From Phaeosaccion multiseriatum (taxonomy: Eukaryota > Protista > Ochrophyta, other classes): DNA of 64,000 bases. Within the stretch, counting starts at the first letter, position 1, and each line of letters starts with the position of its first letter. The translations under genes and the position numbers were made by a program. This document shows positions 39,085 to 49,800 of the stretch, in pieces. The stretch is from NCBI GenBank assembly GCA_965112735.1, contig OZ218951.1, positions 3,534,001-3,598,000 of the forward strand. Direction: 5' to 3'. The notes below the pieces were generated by a model. The model was not told the origin of the DNA. It saw nothing but the letters and a program-made list of their open reading frames with translations, and did no database searches.

Positions 39085-39364
39085 CCTCCCTCCCTCCCTG
39101 AGATGGAGATCGACCCTGGACAAGCTGGGCGTATAATCAGTAATCAGGCCGGCTGGTCACCGGCTGTAACGGCAACCAGGCCGGCTGGCGCCGGCCATTT
39201 CCTCGGGCTGGCGCCATAATCAGCAATCAGGCCGGCTGCCGGATGCGCCGGCCGTAATCAGTAATCATCAGATAGGTCGAGGCCTAGCTAGGCCTAGAAC
39301 CGCCGGCCTAGGGAGAAAAAATGGCCGGCCTAGAGCATAGGCTTCTAGGCCAGTCTGGAGCCGA
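38702..39364. mobile_element. Non-autonomous composite TIR element, copy 1
   Basis: 27-bp TIR TCGGC(C/T)CCAGACTGGCCTAGAAGCCTA with 1 mismatch, flanked by AGGGAG on both sides. A nested TCGACCCTGGACAAG...GGTCGA unit (38822-39280) is flanked by GGCCTA on both sides. Confidence 0.8.
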
Positions 39365-39634
39365 AGGGAGGGTGGAAGGAAGGAAGGGAGCGAGGGCGGG
39401 AGGGAGGGAGGGAGGGAGGAAGGAAGGAAGGAAGGAAGGAAGGAAGGAAGGAAGGAAGGAAGGAAGGAAGGAAGGAAGGAAGGAAGGAAGGAAGGAAGGA
39501 AGGAAGGAAGGAAGGAAGGAAGGAAGGAAGGAAGGAAGGGAGGGAGGGAGAGACTCCCATGGTGCCATGACGACAAAGAAAAGAACCTCCTTACTCCATG
39601 ATTACAAGTCTCAACTTCGCTAACATTGTCACAA

Positions 39635-39727
39635 TCGTGTATGGTGTAGGGGTTATCATTGCCGACTCTCAAAAGTCGAAGTACCAAGTGATCTCGGCAG
39701 ACCCGGGTTCGATTCCCGGTACGCGAA
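39635..39727 (+). tRNA. tRNA-Glu(CTC) with a ~21-nt canonical intron (39672-39692)
   Basis: Acceptor stem TCGTGTA/TACGCGA, anticodon stem GCCGA/TCGGC with CT-CTC-A loop, and T arm CCGGG-TTCGATT-CCCGG. Confidence 0.92.
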
Positions 39728-39750
39728 GGCCCACATGCCTCTAACATATG

Positions 39751-39790
39751 TTTTTTTTTTTTTTTTGCTCTTTTTTTTTTTTTTTTTAAC
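39751..39790 (+). terminator. Oligo-T RNA polymerase III terminator of the tRNA
   Basis: Long T runs start about 23 nt after the tRNA 3' end. Confidence 0.7.
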
Positions 39791-40921
39791 CCAAGGGGGA
39801 CATTTTTTTTTTTTTTTTTCTCTTGATTCCTTCCTCCTGTGAGCTTCTATCGGCAGTATGCTGTGCTCACGACCTCTCCAAGGGGTTTAAAGACCATTGC
39901 ACTGGCTCCATGCCAATGTGTGAAGCCTTGTATTGTCTTTGCAGCCTGCTCGAAGGGCAAGGCCGTGCATCGCCAATCAAGGCGTGTTCTGCCTCGTCGT
40001 TAACTGTGCTGCTACTACCAGCCTTACCACCTGCCTTGCTTCCATGAACAAGCCCGCACTAAGTCCATTGCGGCTTCTGGAATGAATGTAGCAGCGTTGA
40101 TCCTCTTGCTACAGCAAAGAGCGCGAAAAAAGCGGTACACGTGTTGGAATCAGGGTAGTCGTCATCTGGACTGGGTGCTGTTTTTTATTTGTTGATAGTA
40201 ATGTCAGGAAGTCTCGTAGCAGGAAAGGGAACAGGCAGAGGGGAATGGCGAACACGGTTGGTGGAAGGACGGTACCGGCTGAGGGGTCTACGTGTGTGGA
40301 GGCGGAAGAAGACGGTGGGAGGGATAGCAAAACGGTTGGGTCAAAATATAAATCTTGAGTTTAGCTTCTGTTAAGAGTGTAATATATAAGCTTCAGCAGC
40401 AGCGGCAGCAGCAGCTTGTATTGCAGCGGCTTCGGTTTCAGCAGCTCGTATTGCAGCGGCAGTAGCTGTTTCACAGCAGGTCCAGCTCGTGGAAAGTTGA
40501 TGTAGGGCTCAGAGCGGGCTACAGAGTTTTTGACGGAGAATGAAGGCCAGTCTGCAGAGTAACATCCGCATATACATGGAGCTTGTCTACGCCCCGGCCG
40601 GCCTAACCGGGGGATGGGGAGAGGGGCCTTGCTTCCCCACGGCAGGCCTACTCAGCGTAGTACGCTCTTACACGCTTCACTATCGCACGGGACGCACGTT
40701 CCACGGGACTCAAATCCTTCACATCACGGCCGATGCGGTGAGTCCCTGCCACATGGGCGAGCGCGTACGTTTTACTTTATCCCCCCTCTTCCATTGCCAT
40801 CCCTGTTCTCTTTCTTGCCGCCGGCCCTTTAACCCTCCTCATCCACTGCCATCCCCTCCCTCCCTCCCTTCCTTCCTCCCTGAAGGACCTCTCGACTATC
40901 CCTGAAGGCGTAGGTACGTTA

Positions 40922-41039
40922 AGTCTGTCTGTGTCTGTCTGCCTGTCTGTCTGTCTGTCTGTGTCTGTCTGTCTGCCTGTCTGTCTGTCTGTCTGTCTGT
41001 CTGTGTGCCTGTCTGTCTGTCTGTGTGTCTGTCTGCTTA

Positions 41040-41074
<35 letters not shown>

Positions 41075-41195
41075 TTCTGTCTGTGCCTGCCTGTCTGTGT
41101 CTGTGTGTCTATCTGTCTGCTTATCTGTCTGTCTGTCTGTCTGTCTGTCTTTCTGTCTGTGCCTGCCTGTCTGTGTCTGTCTGTCTGTCTGTCTA

Positions 41196-41226
<31 letters not shown>

Positions 41227-41237
41227 GCCTGTGTGCC

Positions 41238-41276
<39 letters not shown>

Positions 41277-41293
41277 ATGCCTGTCTTTCTGTG

Positions 41294-41326
<33 letters not shown>

Positions 41327-41379
41327 GTCTGCCTGTGTGTCTGTGTGTGTGCCTGTCTGTCTATCGGTCTGTCTGTCTT

Positions 41380-41432
<53 letters not shown>

Positions 41433-41510
41433 GCCTGTCTGTCTGTGTCTGTCTGTCTATCTGTTCTGTCTGTGTCTGTCTGTCTGTCTGTCTGTCTGTC
41501 TGCCTGTGTC

Positions 41511-41541
<31 letters not shown>

Positions 41542-41628
41542 GCTTATCTGTCTGTCCGTCTGTCTGTCTGTCTGTCTGTCTGTGCCTGTCTGTCTGTGTC
41601 TGTCTGTGTCTGTCTGTCTGTCTGTCTG

Positions 41629-41663
<35 letters not shown>

Positions 41664-41753
41664 ATGCTTATCTGTCTGTCTGTCTGTCTGTGCCTGTCTG
41701 TCTGTGTCTGTCTATCTGCCTGTGTGTCTGTGTGTGTGCCTGTCTGTCTATCG

Positions 41754-41787
<34 letters not shown>

Positions 41788-41818
41788 GCCTGTCTGTCTG
41801 TGTCTGTCTGTCTGTCTG

Positions 41819-41853
<35 letters not shown>

Positions 41854-42045
41854 ATGCTTATCTGTCTGTCTGTCTGTCTGTGCCTGTCTGTCTGTGTCTG
41901 TCTATCTGTTCTGTCTGTCTGTGTCTGTCTGTCTGTGTCTGTCTGTCTGTCTGCCTGTCTGTCTATCTGTCTATCTGTCTGTCTGTCTGCCTGTGTGTCT
42001 GTCTGCCTGTCTTTCTGTGTGTCTGTCTGTCTATCTGTCTGCCTG
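40922..42045 (+). repeat. Degenerate (TGTC)n microsatellite of 1.1 kb; the paralogous tract at 46640-46982 is ~340 bp
   Basis: Visible array following a GTACGT donor-like site. Confidence 0.95.
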
Positions 42046-42466
42046 CCCGCCTCTCTCTCTGATCTCTTAACCGTCATCACCTTGGTGGCCTTTCCTATTC
42101 AGGTATATGGGTATAGGTACTTTTTCTCAGTCTCTCTCCCTCCCCCCCTCCCTCCCTCCCTCCCTGTCTCTCCTTTCCTCATCGTAGACTCAAGAGTCGT
42201 GGTTCTCCAGCGAAGCCCAGATGCCCTTCCTGCTTGGACAGCTCTCCAACCTCCTCACTGGCACCTCAGGGTGATATCACACACTCGGCGGAGTGCCAAC
42301 TTCTATGCACCGTTGTCGAAATCCTCGTCAAGAGAGAGAAGGAGGCACTCAAGCATGATGCCAGGGCAGGGCACGAGGGGAGCAAGGAGGTACGGCAGCA
42401 TTGTCAGCTTCAGTTGAAGCCCCCGGAAGTTTAGTATAGAAGCTCCGTCTCTGTCTCTCTCGTCCG

Positions 42467-42497
<31 letters not shown>

Positions 42498-44165
42498 GTA
42501 TCAGGCAGATTGGCTCTGTTGTGGCCGGGGTCCAATATCCTGAAACCGAAACCACCATCTCTCTTCCCTCCCCCCCCCTCTCTCTATCTCTCTGTCTACT
42601 GTCGTCGAATCGATTGATCATCCGGCCTTTGTCATTTGCTTGTCAGTCCAGAGCAGAGCGACAAAACTGGTTCACCATTGCCAATGCGTCCTTCGCCTGT
42701 TTCCGAGCGGACGTGCTCAAGTACCTCCGGGCAGGGGACCAATCCGACGCCATGGTGCTCAGCGCAGCGGTGGCCACTGTCTTGAATGAAATCGCAGAGC
42801 TGCCAGGGGTGGGTGGTGGTGGTGGTGGTGGTGGAGGAGGAGGAGGAGGAGGAGGCGGGGGAGGGGGAGGGGGAGGAGGAGGGGATGGAGGAGGAGGAGG
42901 AGGAGGAGGAGGAGGAGGAGGAGGAGGAGGAGGAGGGGATGGAGGAGGAGGAGGAGGAGGAGGAGGAGGAGGGGATGGAGGAGGAGGAGGAGGAGGAGGA
43001 GGAGCGGTGGGGGGGGGGAGGGGTGGCGTTGGGGGGGGTACGAATGAAGCTCGCAGGGGCACGTGGGGTACATCGCGGGGGGAAACCCTTTATCGCTGCC
43101 GCGGGGAAGGTGCTTTCGGCGCTGGATGATGTTCACAGTTGGCTTCAGTGTATGCAGTACTCGACCATTGAGGACAAGAAGCGGATATCGGAGAACACGG
43201 TGAGGCACTCCGTGGCAATTGCAGACCCCGTACATGAGGTGAGTGGGAGGGGGAGGGATGAGGGAGAGATGGTGGTGGATGGGTGCCAAGTCGGAAAGCT
43301 GTCTGTACTCTCTTCTCTCTCCTTTGTCCTCTGTCCAGTGTACACTCACTTGTCTCTGTGTGGTGCGTAGTCCCAGACGGATGCTCAAACCTTAACCTCT
43401 TCCTCCCCCTCCTCCTCCTCCCTCCTCCTCCGCCTCCTCCTCCGCCTCCCTCTCCTCCTCCTCCTCCTGCTCCTCCTTCTCCTCCTCCTCCTCCTCCTCC
43501 TCCTCCTCCTCCTCCTGCTCCTCCCCCTCCTCCTCCTCCTCCTCCTGCTCCTCCTCCTCCTCCTCCTCCTCCTCCTGCTCCTCCTCCTCCTGCTGCTGCT
43601 GATGGCGTGTCATCTTCATGCCCATAGGGGGGGATTGTGATTCCTCCGTCCCTATTCGTTGAGCTCATACGTCATCAGCGCTGGGCAGAGGAGCAGGACG
43701 CGAAGGAGGCCCGAGAGGCGGAAAAGGAAAGGGGGGGGGGCAGGAGCCAAAGATGCTAAGAAGGTGAGTGAGTGAGTGAGTGAGTGAGTGAGTGAGTGAG
43801 TGAGTGAGTGAGTGAGTGAGTGAGTGGGGCATGGAATGGGGGAGGGAGGGAGGGAGTGAGTGAGTGAGTGAGTGCGTGAGTGAGTGAGTGAGTGAGTGAG
43901 TGAGTGAGTGAGTGAGTGAGTGAGTGAGTGAGTGAGTGAGTGAGTGACTGGGTGGGCGAATTAGTTGGGTGAGTGGGTGAGTGAGTGAGTAGAGTGAGTG
44001 AGTAGAGTGCGTGAGTGAGTGAGTGAGTGAGTGAGTGAGTGAGTGAGTGAGTGAGTGAGTGAGTGAGTGAGTGACTGGGTGGGCGAATTAGTTGGGTGAG
44101 TGGGTGAGTGAGTGAGTAGAGTGAGTGAGTAGAGTGAGTGAGAAAAATGTCTTGTACCTTCTCCT

Positions 44166-44233
44166 TCGACCCCTGACACGCTATCGCCCACTTTCTCGAT
44201 AGCGCGCTATCGCGGCCGACCCCCCAAAGCTGA
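44166..44233. mobile_element. Small TCGACCCCTGA-starting insertion, absent from the duplicate copy
   Basis: Compared with 48893-48915, an extra 68 bp is flanked by TTCTCCT/CTCTCCT. Confidence 0.5.
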
Positions 44234-44250
44234 CTCTCCTCTCCTTCCCG

Positions 44251-45476
44251 TCGGCTCCAGACTGGCCTAGAAGCCTAGGCCTAGAGACGAAATTCGGCCG
44301 GCCTAGGCCTAGAGGGGGCCGCAGGTCCCCGGCCTAGGCCGGGGACCTGGGCCTATTTTTGGCGCAGCCCCCCCGGCCTAGGCCTATCGACCCTGGACAA
44401 GATTACGGTGTGCGCCGGCCGTAACCAGTAGTAATCAGCCCCCGGCCGGATCCAGTAATCAGGCCGGCTGGTCACCGACTGTAAGCAACCAGACCGGCTG
44501 GCGCCGGTCATAATCAGTAATCAGGCCGGCTGCGCCGGCCGTAATCAGAATCAGATGATCTTGTCCAGGGTCGACTCCCTGCCTCCCTCCCTCCCTCGCT
44601 CCCTCCCTCCCTCCCTCCCTCCCTCCCTCTCTCCCTCCCTCTCTCCCTCCTTCCCTCCCTCCTTCCCTCCCTCCCTCCCTCCCTCCTTCCCTCCCTCCTT
44701 CCCTCCCTCCCTCCCTCCCTCCCTCCCTCCCTCCCTCCCTCCTTCCCTCCCTCCCTCCCTCCCTCCTTCCCTCCCTCCCTCCCTCCTTCCCTCCCTCCTT
44801 CCCTCCCTCCCTCCTCCTTCCCTCCCTCCCTCCCTCCCTCCTTCTCTCCCTCCCTCCCTCCCTCCTTCCCTCCCTCCTTCCCTCCCTCCCTCCTTCCCTC
44901 CCTCCCTCCCTCCCTCCCTCGCTCCCTCCCTCGCTCCCTCCCTCCCTCCCTCCCTCCCTCCTTCCCTCCCTCCCTCCCTCCCTCCCTCCCTTCCTCCCTC
45001 CCTCCCTCCCTCCCTCCTTCCTTCCCTCCCTCCTTCCCTCCCTCCCTCCCTCCCTCCCTCCCTCCTTCCCTCCCTCCTTCCCTCCCTCCCTCTCTCCCTC
45101 CCTCCCTCCCTCTCTCCTTCCCTCCCTCCCTCCCTCCTTCCCTCCCTCCCTCCCTCCTTCCCTCCCTCCTTCCCTCCCTCCCTCCTTCCCTCCCTCCCTC
45201 CCTCCCTCCTTCCTTCCCTCCCTCCCTTTGACCCTGGACAAGATTACGGTGTGCGCCGGCAGTAATCAGCCCCCGGCTGACGCATAATCAGTACTCAGGC
45301 CGGCTGGCGCCGGTCATAATCAGTAATCAGGCCGGCTGCGCCGGCCGTAATTACTAATCAGATAGGTCGAGGCCTAGGCCTAGAACCGCCGGCCTAGGGA
45401 GAAAAAATGGCCGGCCTAGAGCGGCCAACGGCCGCCGGCCTAGGCCTAGAGCGGGCGTAGGCCGCTCTGGACCCGA
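44251..45476. mobile_element. Non-autonomous composite TIR element, copy 2, at the duplication junction
   Basis: Same left end and same nested unit (44387-45370, GGCCTA flanks) as copy 1. Degenerate right TIR TAGGCCGCTCTGGACCCGA. TTCCCG occurs on both sides. Confidence 0.78.
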
Positions 45477-46249
45477 TTCCCGGTACGCGAAGGCCCATAT
45501 GCCTCTAACATATTTTTTTTCTTTCTTCTGCTCCTTTTTTTTTTTTTTTTTTCTGGACATTTTTTTTTTTTCCTCGATCCCTTCCTCCTGTGAGCTTCTA
45601 TCGGCAGTGTGCTGTGCTCACGACCTCTCCAAGGGGTTTAAAGACCATTGCACTGGCTCCATGCCAATGTGTGAAGCCTTGTATTGTCTTTGTAGCCTGC
45701 TCGAAGGGCAAGGCGGTGCATCGCCAATCAAGGCGTGTCCTGCCTCGTCGTTAACTGTGCTGCTACTACCAGCCTTACCACCTGCCTTGCTTCCATGAAC
45801 AAGCCCGCACTAAGTCCATTGCGGCTTCTGGGATGAATGTAACAGCGTTCGTTGATCCTCTTGCTACAGCAAAGAGCGGGAAAAAAGCGGTACACGTGTT
45901 GGAATCCGGCTTGTAGTCGCCATCTGGACTGGGTGCTATTTTTTTATTTGAAGTATTTTTTGTTGTCTCGTAGCAGGAAAGGGAACAGGCAGAGGGGAAT
46001 GGCGAACACGGTTGGTGGAAGGACGGTACCGGCTGAGGGGTCTACGTGTGTGGAGGCGGAAGAAGACGGGGAGGGATAGCAAAACGGTTGGGTCGGTTTG
46101 GGTTTAGCTTCTGTTAAGAGTGTAATATATAAGCTTCAGCAGCAGCGGCAGCAGCAGCGGCAGCAGCAGCGGCTTCGGTTTCAGCAGCTCGTATTGCAGC
46201 GGCAGTAGCTGTTTCACAGCAGGTCCAGCTCGTGGAACAGTTGATGCAG

Positions 46250-46666
46250 GGCTCACAGCGGGCTACAGAGTTATCAACTGCTCCGCATATACATGGAGCT
46301 TGTCTACGCCCCGGTCGGCCTAACCGGGGGATGGGGAGAGGGGCCTTGCTTCCCCACGGCAGGCCTACTCAGCGTAGTACGCTCTTACACGCTTCACTAT
46401 CGCACAGGACGTTCCACGGGACTCAAATCCTTCACATCACGGCCGATGCGGTGAGTCCCTGCCACATGGGCGAGCGCGTACGTTTTACTTTATCCCCCCT
46501 CTTCCATTGCCATCCCTGTTCTCTTTCTTGCCGCCGGCCCTTTAACCCTCCTCATCCACTGCCATCCCCTCCCTCCCTCCCTTCCTTCCTTCCTCCCTGA
46601 AGGACCTCTCGACTATCCCTGAAGGCGTAGGTACGTTAAGTCTGTCTGTCTGTCTGTCTGTCTGCC

Positions 46667-46731
<65 letters not shown>

Positions 46732-46762
46732 TTCTGTCTGTCTGCCTGTGTGTGTGTCTGCC

Positions 46763-46827
<65 letters not shown>

Positions 46828-49800
46828 GCTTATCTGTCTGTCTGTGTGTCTGTCTGTCTTTGCCTGTCTGTCTGTCTGTGTCTTACTGTCTGTGCCTGTC
46901 TGTCTGTGTCTGTCTGTCTGTCTGTCTGTGTCTGTCTGTCTGTCTGTCTGCCTGTGTCTGTCTGTCTATCTGTCTGCCTGCCCGCCTCTCTCTCTGATCT
47001 CTTAACCGTCATCACCTTGGTGGCCTTTCCTATTCAGGTATATGGGTATAGGTACTTTTTCTCAGTCTCTCTCCCTCCCCCCTTCCCTCCCTCCCTCCCT
47101 GTCTCCCTGTCTCTCCTTTCCTCATCGTAGGCTCAAGAGTCGTGGTTCTCCAGCGAAGCCCAGATGCCCTCCCTGCTTGGACAGCTCTCCAACCTCCTCA
47201 CTGGCACCTCAGGGTGATATCACACACTCGGCGGAGTGCCAACTTCTATGCACTGTTGTCGAAATCCTTGTCAAGAGAGAGAAGGAGGCACTCAAGCATG
47301 ATGCCAGGGCAGCGCACGAGGGGAGCAAGGAGGTACGGCAGCATTGTCAGCTTCAGTTGAAGCCCCCGGAAGTTTAGTATAGAAGCTCCGTCTCTGTCTC
47401 TCTCGTCCGTCTCTTTCTCTCTCTCTCTCTCTCTCTGTATCAGGCAGATGGCTCTGTTGTGGCCGGGGTCCAATATCCTGAAACCGAAACCACCATCTCT
47501 CTTCCCTCCCCCCCCCTCTCTCTATCTCTCTGTCTACTGTCGTCGAATCGATTGATCATCCGGCCTTTGTCATTTGCTTGTCAGTCCAGAGCAGAGCGAC
47601 AAAACTGGTTCACCATTGCCAATGCGTCCTTCGCCTGTTTCCGAGCGGACGTGCTCAAGTACCTCCGGGCAGGGGACCAATCCGACGCCATGGTGCTCAG
47701 CGCAGCGGTGGCCACTGTCTTGAATGAAATCGCAGAGCTGCCAGGGGTGGGTGGTGGTGGTGGTGGTGGTGGAGGAGGAGGAGGAGGAGGAGGCGGGGGA
47801 GGGGGAGGGGGAGGAGGAGGGGATGGAGGAGGAGGAGGAGGAGGAGGAGGAGGAGGAGGAGGAGGAGGAGGAGGAGGGGATGGAGGAGGAGGAGGAGGAG
47901 GAGGAGGAGGGGATGGAGGAGGAGGAGGAGGAGGAGGAGGAGGAGCGGTGGGGGGGGGGAGGGGTGGCGTTGGGGGGGGTACGAATGAAGCTCGCAGGGG
48001 CACGTGGGGTACATCGCGGGGGGAAACCCTTTATCGCTGCCGCGGGGAAGGTGCTTTCGGCGCTGGATGATGTTCACAGTTGGCTTCAGTGTATGCAGTA
48101 CTCGACCATTGAGGACAAGAAGCGGATATCGGAGAACACGGTGAGGCACTCCGTGGCAATTGCAGACCCCGTACATGAGGTGAGTGGGAGAGGGAGGGAT
48201 GAGGGAGAGATGGTGGTGGATGGGTGCCAAGTCGGAAAGCTGTCTGTACTCTCTTCTCTCTCCTTTGTCCTCTGTCCAGTGTACACTCACATGTCTCTGT
48301 GTGGTGCGTAGTCCCAGACGGATGCTCAAACCTTAACCTCCTCCTCCCCCTCCCCCTCCTCCTCCGCCTGCTCCTCCTCCTCCTCCTCCTTCTCCTCCTC
48401 CTCCTCCTCCTTCTCCTCCTCCTCCTCCTTCTCCTCCTCCTCCTCCTGCTCCTCCTCCTCCTCCTCCTCCTGCTCCTCCTCCTCCTCCTGCTGCTGTTGC
48501 TGCTGATGGCGTGTCATCTTCATGCCCATAGGGGGGGATTGTGATTCCTCCGTCCCTATTCGTTGAGCTCATACGTCATCAGCGCTGGGCAGAGGAGCAG
48601 GACGCGAAGGAGGCCCGAGAGGCGGAAAAGGAAAGGGGGGGGGACAGGAGCCAAAGACGCTAAGAAGGTAAGTGAGTGAGTGAGTGAGTGAGTGAGTGAG
48701 TGAGTGAGTGAGTGAGTGGGGCATGGAATGGGGGAGGGAGGGAGGGAGTGAGTGAGTGCGTGAGTGAGTGAGTGCGTGAGTGAGTGAGTGAGTGAGTGAG
48801 TGAGTGAGTGACTGGGTGGGCGAATTAGTTGGGTGAGTGGGTGAGTGAGTGAGTGAGTAGAGTGAGTGAGTAGAGTGAGTGAGTGAGTCACCGTCTTGTA
48901 CCCTCTCCTCTCCTCTCCCCTCACTCTCCCCTCCCCTCTCCTCCTTGTGGCTCGTCTTTTCTTTTAGCTAGTTTGATCCGGCGGCTTTGTAACTGTCTGA
49001 TTGTCTTTGTCGTTTGTTGTCGTCTTACCTTGTTCTTATCTTATCTCATCTCTTCTTCTCTTCCCCTCTCTGGTCTCTTTTTTCATATTGTCTTGTTGTT
49101 GTGTCCTTTAACCCAAACAAACAGGGCCTGTTCCAACGGCGTAAGTCTGTCACACGAGTAACCCCCATACACACACAATGCCGCGCAGGAGGGCGGCGGA
49201 GGCGGCGGGGGGGGCAAACTTGTCGAAGGAGGGGAGGGCGTGGGGGGCGCGGTGGGGTCCGGCGGCGGACCAGCGTCCCCCCTTGGAGGCGGGGGCGCGG
49301 GCCGGGGCTCAACAACGCAGCTACTTGACAACGGTACCCCCCTGGGACGGGCCCTACACAGCCTTCAGATGGACGACTTACAGGTGCGTGGGTGAGTGAG
49401 TGGTGGGAGCGTGGGTGGGTATGTGGGTGAGGGAGTGCGTGCGTGGGTGCGCGCGTGGGTGCGTGCGTAACTATCCACCCCTCTCCTCTCCCCACCGCCT
49501 CCTTGTGCGTCAACAACACACCCTACAAGTAGATTCAGTCACCATCATAACCATACACTCCATACACTGCCATCTATACACCCCTACTCTCCTTTCATTT
49601 CCTTTCCTCTCCTCTCATCTCCACTTCTCTCCTTTCCTTTCCTCTCATCTCTTCTCCTCTTCTCTCCAATCTCCACTTCGCTTCTTTCCTTTCATCTCCA
49701 CTTCTCCCCTTTCCTCTCCTCTCCTCTCTTCTCCTCTCCACTTATCTCCTTTCCTTTCCTCTCCTCTCTTCTCCTCTCCACTTATCTCCTTTCCTTTCCT

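Larger units (their letters stand above)
39713..48920 (+). repeat. Tandem segmental duplication: 39713-44250 repeated at 45477-~48920
   Basis: Colinear, highly similar blocks (for example ORFs 42521 vs 47459 and 42786 vs 47724) that differ mainly in microsatellite length. Confidence 0.93.

Noticed and set aside
39823-40110. snoRNA or dicistronic RNA downstream of the tRNA
   Set aside because: It is separated from the tRNA by a long T terminator, and I saw no convincing C/D or H/ACA box arrangement.
40931-42417. Long ORFs of SVCL repeats
   Set aside because: These are translations of a stop-free (TGTC)n microsatellite.
39710-45491. Integrase attL/attR-type island at a tRNA 3' end
   Set aside because: The duplication continues for kilobases beyond the tRNA end and no integrase is present. 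A tandem duplication explains it.
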